A DNA stretch of 64,000 bases from a virus (Duplodnaviria; Caudoviricetes): positions 1-64,000 of IMG/VR virus record IMGVR_UViG_3300037484_000296. One strand, written 5' to 3'. This document shows, piece after piece, positions 46,150 to 55,351 of the stretch (position 1 is the stretch's first letter; every line of letters begins with the position of its first letter). A program made the translations under genes and the position numbers. A model generated the notes under the pieces. The model made no database searches. It saw only the letters and a list, made by a program, of their open reading frames with translations, and was not told the origin of the DNA.

Positions 46150-46190
46150 GGTCCCAGGCCGTGAACTCTACCAGGCTGAGTTACGCCCCG
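46114..46190 (-). tRNA. tRNA-Pro(TGG) with C32/C33 anticodon loop
   Basis: CGGGGCG/CGCCCCG acceptor, ACTC/GAGT D stem, CACGG-CCTGGGA-CCGTG, GCCCG-TTCAAAT-CGGGC, A73, CCA. Confidence 0.9.
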
Positions 46191-46598
46191 ATTGGTTATC
46201 CTTTCACCACCCAAGCACCCACCCGACAACCTTCTCCCCGGCAGCCAAGACGGCCCATGCCGCCCCGCCAACTATCAGGTCATAGTAGGGTATCCCTGCG
46301 CTTACGAAAATAACGAGGTTGAATATTCTAAGGATGTTCATGGTATCCTCCTTTCAATTGCTGCGTTGTTATAGGTTGCGCGAATCATTATTGCTTTGTT
46401 ATGAATGAGAGGATTTATAAGCTTGGTACTCATGTTCAAGTCCTTCGCAGTCATAGACTGGCTCTGTTGATTCTCCCATGATACGCTCCCAATTGTCCGA
46501 AGCCCACCGAAGGAACGTAGGATATTCATTCTTATCAGTTTCAATCTGTTCGCCCGAAATAGGAGTTATTTTTGTAATGGCCATTCTCAAGGTTCCTT

Positions 46599-46772
46599 TC
46601 AAGCTCCATAGAGCAAGCGCCACCCATAAAACATAATGATCAGGTGCATCGTGTTGTCCGTGGCCGTGCATGTCAGCCATCCAAGGCCATTGTGCTTCGA
46701 CTTTCCGAGCGCCATCCAGTTATTTTGGAAAAGGTAGTCACCTGCCAAATGCCCGAGGAATATTTCGATCAT
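46599..46772 (-). pseudogene. DUF3307-like gene with apparent internal deletion (57 aa)
   Basis: Hand-translated MIEIFLGHLAGDYLFQNNWMALGKSK...GWLTC-TATDNTMHLII. Confidence 0.5.
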
Positions 46773-47236
46773 GATTTTTGCTCCTTCTCGCTCGGATAGA
46801 ACGCGAACAAGTTTTTAAACGTACTCTTCACTAATTGCATTTCTTCGCTTTCAACCGGCACATAAGAACAAATTGCAAACGTTTCGTCAAGGTCATACTC
46901 GTCTATATGTTTCTCAATGAAGTCGGCTATGCTCATGACGAAAACTGTACAATTAGGCGTTATAAATTTATCACAGTCTGATTCGTCTACGGAAATAAAC
47001 GCCTTGTGCTTCTGAAAATAAAAGCATTGAGGATTGTACGCGCACCCCAAATCAATCACCGTGAAATGACGGGGAATGATCGCCGCAAGGTTCTCGTAAA
47101 TCTCTGTGAAGCCGAGAAAGTCGGGGGCGATATCGCCTGAGTATTTTTTCAATATCCGCGCATATTGATCTTCCGGCAATAACTCCCGGAGCCTTTTCAG
47201 GTGTAAATTATAGCTTGCTTCGCGTAAATAATTCAT
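46769..47236 (-). CDS. class I SAM-dependent methyltransferase-like protein
   Basis: VIDLGC motif I followed by acidic residue at end of beta2 (FISVD). Confidence 0.5.
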   Translation of the reverse strand: MNYLREASYNLHLKRLRELLPEDQYARILKKYSGDIAPDFLGFTEIYENLAAIIPRHFTVIDLGCAYNPQCFYFQKHKAFISVDESDCDKFITPNCTVFVMSIADFIEKHIDEYDLDETFAICSYVPVESEEMQLVKSTFKNLFAFYPSEKEQKS

Positions 47237-47254
47237 AAGGGCCTTTCTGAAAAT

Positions 47255-47341
47255 TGGTGGGGGTGTAGGGATTCGAACCCCCAGCTCCGAAGAGCCACAG
47301 ATTTACAGTCTGCTCCCGCTCGCCGCCTCGGGCGCACCCCC
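47255..47341 (-). tRNA. tRNA-Tyr(GTA)
   Basis: GCAGA-CTGTAAA-TCTGT anticodon arm, long variable arm, TTCGAAT, G1:C72, A73, CCA. Confidence 0.9.
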
Positions 47342-47386
47342 AACAGACTCAACTACATTCTTTCCTGCATGTTTTTAACGAGGTTT

Positions 47387-48094
47387 TCATGCATCACCAT
47401 TTACAAACAAGTGCCCGATAGCCTCGTTTATAGTATTATATGTTGGCAAAATATCAGTGCGCTCCGTTATTCCTGCATCTGAAACAACTAGAAACGTGCC
47501 ATTCCTTTGTCGTTCGGAAAGGTCGGTTGCCCAGTTCTTCCCGATGCCATACAACATTTCATGCATAGCCGTATGATTCTTGCCGTGTAGCTCTTTATGA
47601 GAAAAAAAATCCCGAGCGTACATCTGAAGACTATTTCTCTCCCAATCTTTCGCCCTCCATAAAAAGGCGTTAACAACATCTCCAACCGGAACGGTAAATG
47701 CCCTGCTATCAAATACCGGAGCGCGATCTGACGGGAATGCTTTATTGAAATGAACTGTCATAGTAGCCGCAGATATGGACACCATTTTAGCGAGGTCATA
47801 ATCGAACCAAGCTTGAGTTTCATTGGAGTCGTAATCGGTCAGGCAAAACGTAGCTTCATCCGACTGAACATATCCGGCCTTAAACCCTTGCATTTCTGAT
47901 GCTGATTCTATTGCGGCATAGAGCATTGCCTGGATCAATTTGCTATCAAACGGCTTTTCGCAGTGCCTCGTAAACGTATGAAATGCCCGCCCATCAACCC
48001 GGATCATAACCGGCATCTTGCGTAATGTCATATAGTGGAATGTTTTTTCGTAACGTTTTATTCTATCGCCTAGCGTCATATGTTCTCCGATCAA
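47387..48094 (-). CDS. Thg1-like protein (tRNA-His guanylyltransferase-like 3'-5' polymerase)
   Basis: IRVDGRAFHTFT, YVQSDE, WFDY...KMVS, FDSRAF, W...RNS motifs. Confidence 0.92.
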   Translation of the reverse strand: MIGEHMTLGDRIKRYEKTFHYMTLRKMPVMIRVDGRAFHTFTRHCEKPFDSKLIQAMLYAAIESASEMQGFKAGYVQSDEATFCLTDYDSNETQAWFDYDLAKMVSISAATMTVHFNKAFPSDRAPVFDSRAFTVPVGDVVNAFLWRAKDWERNSLQMYARDFFSHKELHGKNHTAMHEMLYGIGKNWATDLSERQRNGTFLVVSDAGITERTDILPTYNTINEAIGHLFVNGDA

Positions 48095-49804
48095 AAAGAT
48101 ATCTCGCCTTCATCCACTGCTTCCGGTACCTCCTCGGAATGCCCCTGACCATTGCGCTTCGCATTTCTCCTTGGTTTTGCAACCTCGTTTTCCATTATAG
48201 TTGCTTTTACCGGCCTGTTAGAACAGTACGTGCATGTCTCATCGGAACATGCCGATTCGATCCATTCTCCCGTGTCCATATAATATCTCGCATCATATTG
48301 TGAGCTATACCCTATATCATATTTTATTTTTTCAAGCGCCTTTGCCAACTGCCAGCACATCCAAGAAGCTTCCTCTTTCGTATCGCAGGCAAGCGCAGTA
48401 ATGCAGAACGATTGCCCGTCAACAACCAAGAAAGCATTATGCGCGTCCGGCTCGCCTTCGACAACGCAGGGGCTTATGCGGGTATGTTTCTCCATAATTT
48501 CCACAATGCCCTGCGCCCGATAGTGCTCCGGCGGTATTGGCAGATGCGATACGTCCGGCTTTACAAAATTATCCTGACTTGTGTTCATGCCTCTCCTTAA
48601 ATTCCCCGCCGGCAGGGCTTGATACCTGCTATTTAAATGGATGAAACAATACGACTGCCGCGAAGATTGCCAGCGTTAGTAATTGAACGGGGAAATGCCA
48701 CCAACGCTTTCCTTCTGGGAACATTTGAGTCATTCCGCTAAATCCCACAAATACAAAAATAAGATCTACAGAGATTAGTAATGACAGAAACCATACGATA
48801 GTAAGTAGCGCTTGCATTTTTTCTTCCTTTCCACGCCGCAGCGGGGGATTATCGGGTTAATTCCTTCAGTCTTGCCGCTATCATCGACCTAATCTCTTTA
48901 ACTCTCGTGCCGCCGCGAGAATAATCTTGCGCTGCTTCCAGCATCATATCGGCCTGATTAAGGGCCTGCTCTTCATTCCAAATTTTCATCCCCGGATTTA
49001 CTGATAGCCGCAGTTGATCTAACTTTACAGATTGATCATGGGTAAATATCATATCCCCACATTTTGGGCACTTTTCTGCCTCGACAGTGGCATATTCTGC
49101 CTCATTACACTTTAAGCATTTCATCGTCAATCCTTTCCGTTTTTTGTTCTCATTACCCGTTTCAGAAGTCTGGAAATTAATTTTTTCTTTTCGCGTTCCA
49201 TTGCTCGCCTTTCATTTCCATGCCTATAATAATAGGGGCGGGAGATAGCTACCCTACTCCATTCCATCCGACAAACGCACAAAGCGCACGGTCTTCTACC
49301 CCAAACCTTGCATGCCCTCCTAATATTTCAAGCAGGTCAATTCGGACAACGTGCAAGTCGTTTGGGTGCCGCTTAAACGCTTCGCCAACGTCTTCTGGCG
49401 TGATGTATTCTCGACCGTCTTTTCTGGCTATTTCTACGATGATGTTTGGCGTGTCTTTCATTTGGGGCCTCCAAAGCTATCCTTCTTTTGCAGTAATGAC
49501 TTTTCGGCTGTAGCTGTTCCGATGCCGAGAACGGTCCATACGAATAGAGCGGCGATTGCGAGTGTAATGTTCAATGGGTTATTCCAAATCTCTTTTAATG
49601 GCAGGGCTTCTAAAGCGCGTCAAGGGTTCCTATCTTTTCGTTGAGCGCTTTAATTTCTGCCTCATATTTAGCTACCTCAGTCTGGGCCTGAGTAATTAAT
49701 ACAATCGCGCTGGCAACATATCCATCAGTACGGCAATCTGTCCATGTCCTTGGATCGCGATTTATTTCTTTCAACTTTGCTATTGCTTCATCGAGCTTTT
49801 TCAT
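48091..49804 (-). other. five hypothetical CDS (48091-48588; 48629-48817 membrane; 48849-49130; 49249-49461; 49610-49804)
   Basis: Co-oriented ORFs with RBS. Confidence 0.55.
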
Positions 49805-49829
49805 GGTGGTTCTCGATTCTCCGTTCTCT

Positions 49830-49857
49830 TTCGCGTCTCAAGTTGGAAGCGTTAAAT
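49830..49857 (+). mobile_element. truncated attC-like right half
   Basis: TTCGCG...CAAGTTG-GAAGC-GTTAAAT; TAA of ORF 49852-50037 lies in the GTTA core. Confidence 0.35.
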
Positions 49858-50480
49858 CCTATTCATAGAATCCGCGCACTCTCGGCAAAGCCTCACGGTA
49901 TCGCACAAGACGGAAATAATCGCATTGTCTGGATTCGGCTTGTTTTGCTGTTCGGCAATATAAAATTTTGCCCGTCGCTCAAGTGCTGCAAGTGACCCTT
50001 CGTAGCGCCGTCCGGCTACTTCTGGCAAGTCGTTCATATTATCCTTTCCGGCTGACCGGGAAACTATGGGGCTATGCCCTCAAGCGTTGTAATACATAGT
50101 TTCTCGATCATTTCCTTGAATGCCCTGACGTAGTCTAGCGGCTTACTAGGGTCGTTATCAACGTGGTTAATATCAACTGAGACATTCCCCGCCCATAAAC
50201 ATTTTTCAATAATGATATGATTCGGGATCTGTTTCGCTAGGATTTCAAGTTCGGTCATAAACAATCTCTCCTTTTCTGTTCATCCATCCTGCCGCATAAG
50301 GATTATTGTCTTGCCGTCAGAACAATTGCCGCAACACCAAGAATTGTAAATATCACCGTAGCTGCGAAACAAACGACCTTGTTCCATGTTTGTTTTGCGG
50401 TAGGAATTGCAGCCGCAAATGTGCTCGCTAAAAATAGCCAAAGGAAAAGATTGTCTGTGATCATGCTCGCTTCCTTTCAT
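49852..50480 (-). other. three hypothetical CDS (49852-50037; 50064-50264; 50280-50480 Cys-rich)
   Basis: Co-oriented ORFs. Confidence 0.55.
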
Positions 50481-50532
50481 CCCGGTACCCGCAATAGCAT
50501 TTTTGCCCTGACGTTTGTTACATCTTAAAGTG

Positions 50533-50919
50533 TTATGACATTGCCGCCAGAAGAGCCGCTTTGCAAATTGCTTCCGGTGCCGTCTTTCCTTTAAAACTGA
50601 ATTGCGGCCCGTGGTTCGCGTCCTCGATCATGCATCTGATCCCTCGGTGCGGTTCGTATATCCAGAGATTAACCTCGTTCCCGCGATGGCGCATTGTTTC
50701 AACAACGGACCATGCATCGTTAATTTTTGCGGAAGGGTTAAAATATGACCACTCGAACGGGTTTGATTCAAATGTGACCATCCCGTCAACATACATAGGG
50801 AGTACATATTCGTTTGGAATGCCGTCGTAAACGGTCCACTTCATAACCTTTTCAACTATCAATCGATCAAGGCCTGGTCCCGGTTCCATTGCATTTACTT
50901 CTTCCCATTTCTCGTGCAT
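50533..50919 (-). CDS. phage ABA-sandwich-like domain protein
   Basis: LDRLIVEKVM.W...FNPS..INDAW.VVE...TAPEAICKAAL pattern. Confidence 0.65.
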   Translation of the reverse strand: MHEKWEEVNAMEPGPGLDRLIVEKVMKWTVYDGIPNEYVLPMYVDGMVTFESNPFEWSYFNPSAKINDAWSVVETMRHRGNEVNLWIYEPHRGIRCMIEDANHGPQFSFKGKTAPEAICKAALLAAMS

Positions 50920-51004
50920 ATCAAATCCTTCCTAATCTCCCTCCCTACTTGACATTAATATCCGTCACGGCTCCTATACGGCTTGTGTGGCGGGTTAATG
51001 ATGG

Positions 51005-51250
51005 TTATGGCCTTTGCTTTGCCTCTGCCTCAAACGTGGCCCGAGTTTCAACATCCCATGTTGTTATCTGCTTCCCGTCGTCAACGCGTACCGCGATAGG
51101 TTCCCGTCCAACTTTTTCATAGTGCGCCGACTCACAGATATATTTTTCGACCGCCCTCACAGCAGCATCTTCAGCGCTGTGTACCTCGTTGACCCCTGTG
51201 AGACTTTCCCATCCGTCTTCATGCCAAGATTCAATTTGGACTTTATACAT
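51005..51250 (-). CDS. hypothetical protein in putative decayed cassette
   Basis: AAGGA RBS; stop in GTTATGG core. Confidence 0.65.
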   Translation of the reverse strand: MYKVQIESWHEDGWESLTGVNEVHSAEDAAVRAVEKYICESAHYEKVGREPIAVRVDDGKQITTWDVETRATFEAEAKQRP

Positions 51251-51264
51251 TACATCCTTTCCTT

Positions 51265-51298
51265 ACGCGCTTCGCGGCGTGTCAAATTGGCGTTAAAC
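51265..51298 (+). mobile_element. truncated attC (central hairpin, L', R')
   Basis: 22 bp identical to attC at 58155 (CGCTTCGCGGCGTGTCAAATTG), then TTGGC spacer context and GTTAAAC. Confidence 0.65.
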
Positions 51299-51517
51299 GA
51301 GTTCTATTTCGTCAAGTTCAAATTTCAATTTCATATAATCGTAATTATCCCCTTGAGTTTCCCACACGTTGCCTTCAGCGTCGGTCATTGGCAAGGGGAA
51401 TTGCACACAGGCATATTGTCCGTCAAAGTTATACAACTCGCCTACTGTGTTCTTTGGCGGGCAAGGCGTTCGTAATTCCTTAAACGGTTTTATTACTCGG
51501 ACTTTTATGGTGTCCAT
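51293..51517 (-). CDS. hypothetical protein in putative decayed cassette
   Basis: GGAGG RBS; stop in GTTAAAC core. Confidence 0.65.
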   Translation of the reverse strand: MDTIKVRVIKPFKELRTPCPPKNTVGELYNFDGQYACVQFPLPMTDAEGNVWETQGDNYDYMKLKFELDEIELV

Positions 51518-51634
51518 TTATAGCCTCCCATTGCTCATTAACCTGCGCCCACTATGCGCCCACCCGATTAGAAAACACGCGAAAATGGGCTGTTTTTGAA
51601 TGTACCGGGCTGATTCGTAATCAGCAGGTCCGGA

Positions 51635-52165
51635 TTAAACGTTTGTGCCTTTTAGTCGCTTTCGGCCTTCCCACGGCGCAGCGTTCATGCCCTGCATCAG
51701 TTGCATAATACGCATTGCCCGTGCTCGGCTGTCCGGTGTGTGCTCTTTCTGTCGTTTGTCGTCGTCGCCTTCGTCTGGTGCGAAAAGTCGGTTCGCGTTC
51801 ACAAAAGCGGACATCATATCTTTCAACTGTGACCGCCATGCCTTGCGGTAGTGCCTGAAACAGTCCTCAACGTCAATGGCCTGTGCTTTCGTAAGCTCGA
51901 AGTATATTGCTCTGCCACGCTTCCAGTTCGTGATTTTCTGTGTCTGACAGATGTTCATTGCGACGTGAGATAATAAAGTCACGTCGAGCTTGTCCTTGAA
52001 CGCAAACCGATACGGCTTTTTCTCCTGCGAAATGATTTGATCAAGCGTGATCCCGTGTTTTTCGCAGAGCGCGTCAAGCATTCTCTGTGCGGTTTCTTTT
52101 TCGCCGCCGATGCCTGACCGGGCCAGCGCTTCAATTTTTCTGAGTTTGTCGATTAATAGTTCCAT
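51635..52165 (-). CDS. DUF2786-like N-terminal domain protein
   Basis: IDKLRKIEALA...GEKETAQRML..L.EKHGI pattern. Confidence 0.65.
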   Translation of the reverse strand: MELLIDKLRKIEALARSGIGGEKETAQRMLDALCEKHGITLDQIISQEKKPYRFAFKDKLDVTLLSHVAMNICQTQKITNWKRGRAIYFELTKAQAIDVEDCFRHYRKAWRSQLKDMMSAFVNANRLFAPDEGDDDKRQKEHTPDSRARAMRIMQLMQGMNAAPWEGRKRLKGTNV

Positions 52166-52166
52166 A

Positions 52167-52229
52167 GTTCAACCCCGCACATTATAAAGTTGCCGGACTC
52201 CCACCGGCTGTAGACGACATACGTTATGC
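52167..52229 (+). mobile_element. degenerate attC-like site
   Basis: GTTCAAC and GTTATGC at exact 7-5-8-24-7-5-7 spacing with central GCCGG/CCGGC hairpin; L boxes pair poorly (4/7). Confidence 0.45.
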
Positions 52230-52329
52230 GCTTTTGATCCCCGCCGAATCCTTTATAGGGACGCCCCAAACGGCACACGAGGGTTTGGCACTCGCTCGGC
52301 AGGGAACAGAAACGCACAACCCGAATCTG

Positions 52330-52611
52330 TGTTACATTTTCTGTTACAATTTTGTTACGGAGAAGAGGGAAGAGGTAAAATCAGGCTTGTAAGTGATTGA
52401 AATAGAATAGAATGGGAATGGTGCCGCTGCCCAGGATCGAACTGGGATGGTCAAAGACCGAGAGATTTTAAGTCTCTTTTGCAGCGCTTTATACCCCTTC
52501 GCTATCTGCTTGATTTTACTGTTTTCCCTTTCTCCGCCAAATACTTACCGGCTTTATTCTGTCGGCTATAATTGGCCACAATTGGCCAGACCACCAACCG
52601 TCAGTGTTACA
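52330..52611. promoter_or_regulatory. attP region: 59-bp core identical in form to the 3' half of tRNA-Leu(TAA) (52419-52477, minus strand) plus flanking arm-type repeats
   Basis: Minus strand AGAGA-CTTAAAA-TCTCT, variable arm, CCCAG-TTCGATC-CTGGG, CAGCGGC-A-CCA with no 5' half; TGTTAC at 52330, 52342, 52353, 52605; AATTGGCCA at 52570, 52580. Confidence 0.85.
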
Positions 52612-52645
52612 TTAATGCTACGTTTTTAAATCGGCTACTATTCGT

Positions 52646-53437
52646 TCAAATGCCCCACTCGTTCTCTTTGGGGGCTTCTTTGCTTTCATAGATAATCCAT
52701 TGCCCTTTATGGTCTGGGCGAGGGTCCATGTGCTTATAGCCGGGCTTGCAACCTACGGGCCTTCCTTTTGAGTCGCACGGCGCGAGATCGGAAATTTCAC
52801 AGCCGCATGGCACGTCGGGACAATAAAGTCCGTCGAAACCGTTCTCCGCAAGCCATTTTTCTTTACCTGAAATCATTAAGCTACTCCTTCTCCCGCCATC
52901 TTTGCAAGGGCGGGGGATGATTGTTACTCCATATAGACGGACTTAATTTTTAGCATACGACACGCCATCGTTGCAAAACGTGAATTTGCGCCATCGTACT
53001 TGTATCCAAGCCCGACCAGAAGCGCGATGTCGGCAGTCTCGGCGATAAAATTCAGTTCCTTTCCGTCAACAATGGTCTTATATACAACTTCATCATCTGG
53101 CAATTCCGGGAACCATTTCATTGACGGTTTTTTGTTATGAAGATTATTTACTGCTTTAACCTCGACCATATCGCCTCCCGATAAGTTATTTCTTCTTCCC
53201 CAGCGCCTTCTCTGTTGCCGCCTCGACCCTTTTCTCGTGTTGTTTGCAATAGAGCTCCGCAGGGCCGTGACCGTTTGTGCGGCAGCACTGATCTGGCAGG
53301 CTCCCGCGGCCCGCGCTCCATACTTCGAAGGCGCAATATTTAGGGTTATAAGCGTACCCTCTTGGGTTGCCTCTCCATTTATTGTATCTGTACTCCCGGG
53401 CTTCTTCAAGCGTCTTAGGAGCTTCACTGTCAAACAT
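52646..53437 (-). other. three hypothetical CDS (52646-52876 Cys-rich; 52924-53169; 53186-53437)
   Basis: Co-oriented ORFs with RBS. Confidence 0.6.
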
Positions 53438-53621
53438 TTTTCTTCCTTCCCTTAATCGCCTTCTCAATGCACGGGATCGCAATATCACACATGCCCGGAA
53501 CCCTGCGCATTTTTCTTTCCCAATCCTGATAAGTACGGTATGGGGTATTCAATTCCTCTGCCATTTTCTTTTGAGTGAGCCCTAAGCGCTTCCGGGCTTT
53601 TTTTAATTCTGCGGCTGTCAT
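53430..53621 (-). CDS. XRE-family helix-turn-helix protein
   Basis: LKKARKRLGLTQKKMAEELNTPYRTYQDWERK. Confidence 0.88.
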   Translation of the reverse strand: MTAAELKKARKRLGLTQKKMAEELNTPYRTYQDWERKMRRVPGMCDIAIPCIEKAIKGRKKNV

Positions 53622-53628
53622 GCTTAAT

Positions 53629-53656
53629 ACTATACACGCAATGCGTGTCTTTGTCA
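53629..53656 (-). promoter_or_regulatory. promoter with palindromic operator, leaderless start
   Basis: Minus strand TTGACA, 16 bp, TATAGT; ACACGCA-A-TGCGTGT palindrome; ATG 7 nt after -10. Confidence 0.7.
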
Positions 53657-53684
53657 ATATGTTTTTTCATAGGGGCGGAGTTTT

Positions 53685-54851
53685 CTATTTATTATGTCGC
53701 CTAATTTCCTCTTCCTGTTTCTTCAAATATTCTAGCGTCTTATCGGCTACGCTCTTCTGTTCTTCCTCGCCGGTGATATTATACCGGGTAAACATGGAGC
53801 CCGTTTTCCAGCCGCCGATTTGCTTAATGTCTTCCTCGGGATTTCCGGCGTTCTTCATATTCTTCGCTGCGCTTCGTCTGATATCGTGGAAGATGGTTTC
53901 ATTCGCCTTTTTGAATTTGTTCTCTTTGCAGGATCGACACTTTAAATCCTCTCGCTTTTCTCCGAGAGAGAGATATTCAAAGTTGCCGCACTTTTTACAT
54001 TTGAACCGGATCTTTTGCCCGGTCCTCATTAACGCGGATTCCCATGCTGTGCGAAAATCCGTCACACGCTTCCCCTTGAGGTTGACGATATATTCACATT
54101 CAGGATATTCCCGCTCGGTTTTTTGTACCCAATCGAACACTTCTTGATAGAATTGACCTCTGAGGAAAAACCCTCGCTGTTCGTTATTCTTGGTCTCTTC
54201 CAGCAAAACGTAGCCGGTGATTTTGTTGAACTGATGGATTTTGAGCGTGAAAACTTCCGTCTTCCGTACTGTGCTAGCATATGAAATGAGTAGCGCTATT
54301 TGCAAATAGTCCGGCAGTTCCGGCTTAAACCTTAAATAAAATTCATGGTCAATGAATCCCTTTCTTACGTTGTTCTCTTCCAACTTTATTATTTTGGGTA
54401 TCCGCGCTACAAGCTGCGGCTCGTGATTAAAGCCTAAAGAAAACATTCGTTGAAGTGCCGACAGATAGCGATTTATATATGCGTTAGAATCTCCCTTGTT
54501 CTGACAAAATATAATAAATGATTTGATACGAGAGGGGATATGGATAGCTTTTTCTTTCTTGCCGAAAAACTTTTCCATGCGCTTGATTCTGTTGATTTGG
54601 CTGGTTAGAGACTTGCGATTATTGATCGTGTAATCTTCAATAAGAAGGCGGGAGAGGTCTTCAAAATCAACCTCGTCGATTTTCTTGCCCTTGTATTCAT
54701 GCTTTAAAACTTCGGCTTCGCGAATAGAAAGTTGCGCCTCGGCTTCTCTTTTTTTTGTCCACTTGGGCGATCCATGCTCATATTGTCTTTTTTTGTGCTG
54801 ATCGACAAACCAGATATGCCAGTACTTCTTGCGCCTGTATACGCCTCCCAT
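53685..54851 (-). CDS. int: tyrosine integrase with Zn-ribbon insertion
   Basis: Catalytic set R (STVRKTE), K (TKNN), HDIRR, GGWKT, Y (FTRYNI); N-terminal arm-binding-like domain; nearby attP. Confidence 0.92.
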   Translation of the reverse strand: MGGVYRRKKYWHIWFVDQHKKRQYEHGSPKWTKKREAEAQLSIREAEVLKHEYKGKKIDEVDFEDLSRLLIEDYTINNRKSLTSQINRIKRMEKFFGKKEKAIHIPSRIKSFIIFCQNKGDSNAYINRYLSALQRMFSLGFNHEPQLVARIPKIIKLEENNVRKGFIDHEFYLRFKPELPDYLQIALLISYASTVRKTEVFTLKIHQFNKITGYVLLEETKNNEQRGFFLRGQFYQEVFDWVQKTEREYPECEYIVNLKGKRVTDFRTAWESALMRTGQKIRFKCKKCGNFEYLSLGEKREDLKCRSCKENKFKKANETIFHDIRRSAAKNMKNAGNPEEDIKQIGGWKTGSMFTRYNITGEEEQKSVADKTLEYLKKQEEEIRRHNK

Positions 54852-54861
54852 AGGTTATCCT

Positions 54862-55056
54862 CTATCTGCCGTATGATTTTTTATCCCAGCACTCCTGGCA
54901 CTTATCGCCCAAAAGATGAAGGGCAAAAGCGATGATCTTTTCCCGGTCCCATTCCCTCAGGAGGTGAGCGGTAATCATTTTTTCATCATTGAGCACTTCG
55001 ACTGCTTTTCTTACTCCTGCCTCATACGATGTTTTACACATAGCCACCTCGATCAT
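54862..55056 (-). CDS. hypothetical protein in putative cassette 1
   Basis: Likely start MIEVAM or MCKTSY adjacent to attC R'' box. Confidence 0.55.
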   Translation of the reverse strand: MIEVAMCKTSYEAGVRKAVEVLNDEKMITAHLLREWDREKIIAFALHLLGDKCQECWDKKSYGR

Positions 55057-55106
55057 AACGAGTCGTTTGTTTCGGTCGCTCCGCGCAGGACAACTCGTCG
55101 TTATGC
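55053..55106 (+). mobile_element. attC: integron attC site (54 bp)
   Basis: TCATAAC-GAGTC-GTT(T)GTTT-15 nt-GGACAAC-TCGTC-GTTATGC; canonical spacing, extra base at L'' position 4. Confidence 0.75.
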
Positions 55107-55331
55107 TATAAATTTCCACATGACGTAGATCAACCCATTGTGCAAAGAATCTAAATCGCAAACACAGGAATCCTCACCATGCGTCATTAAAGTTTCCCCT
55201 CTTTTTGTTATAGCGATATAATCAGCGATATTACCTCCTTCATCGCATACCATCAACCAGAGGCCTTCTTTATCTGGTTTTGTTTCGCTATATCCTTGCT
55301 TTTTTCTGTATTCAATGCTTTTCTTTTCCAT
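55101..55331 (-). CDS. hypothetical protein in cassette 2
   Basis: AAGGAG RBS; MEKKSIEYRKKQGYSETKPDKEGLWLMVCDE...; flanked by two attC sites. Confidence 0.7.
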   Translation of the reverse strand: MEKKSIEYRKKQGYSETKPDKEGLWLMVCDEGGNIADYIAITKRGETLMTHGEDSCVCDLDSLHNGLIYVMWKFIA

Positions 55332-55351
55332 GCGACTCCTTCCCGACGAGC

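Noticed and set aside
52419-52477. Complete tRNA-Leu(TAA) gene
   Set aside because: The D-arm and 5' acceptor strand are absent; the match begins at the anticodon stem, as expected for an attP core
52888-52929. attC at the end of ORF 52924
   Set aside because: A hairpin and GTTAC are present but there is no AAC-containing R''; better explained as a terminator-like stem
53685-54851. Integrase as an integron integrase (IntI)
   Set aside because: It has an N-terminal arm-binding-type domain, a GGWKT box, an adjacent tRNA-type attP and an Xis-like partner; no IntI-type motifs were recognised
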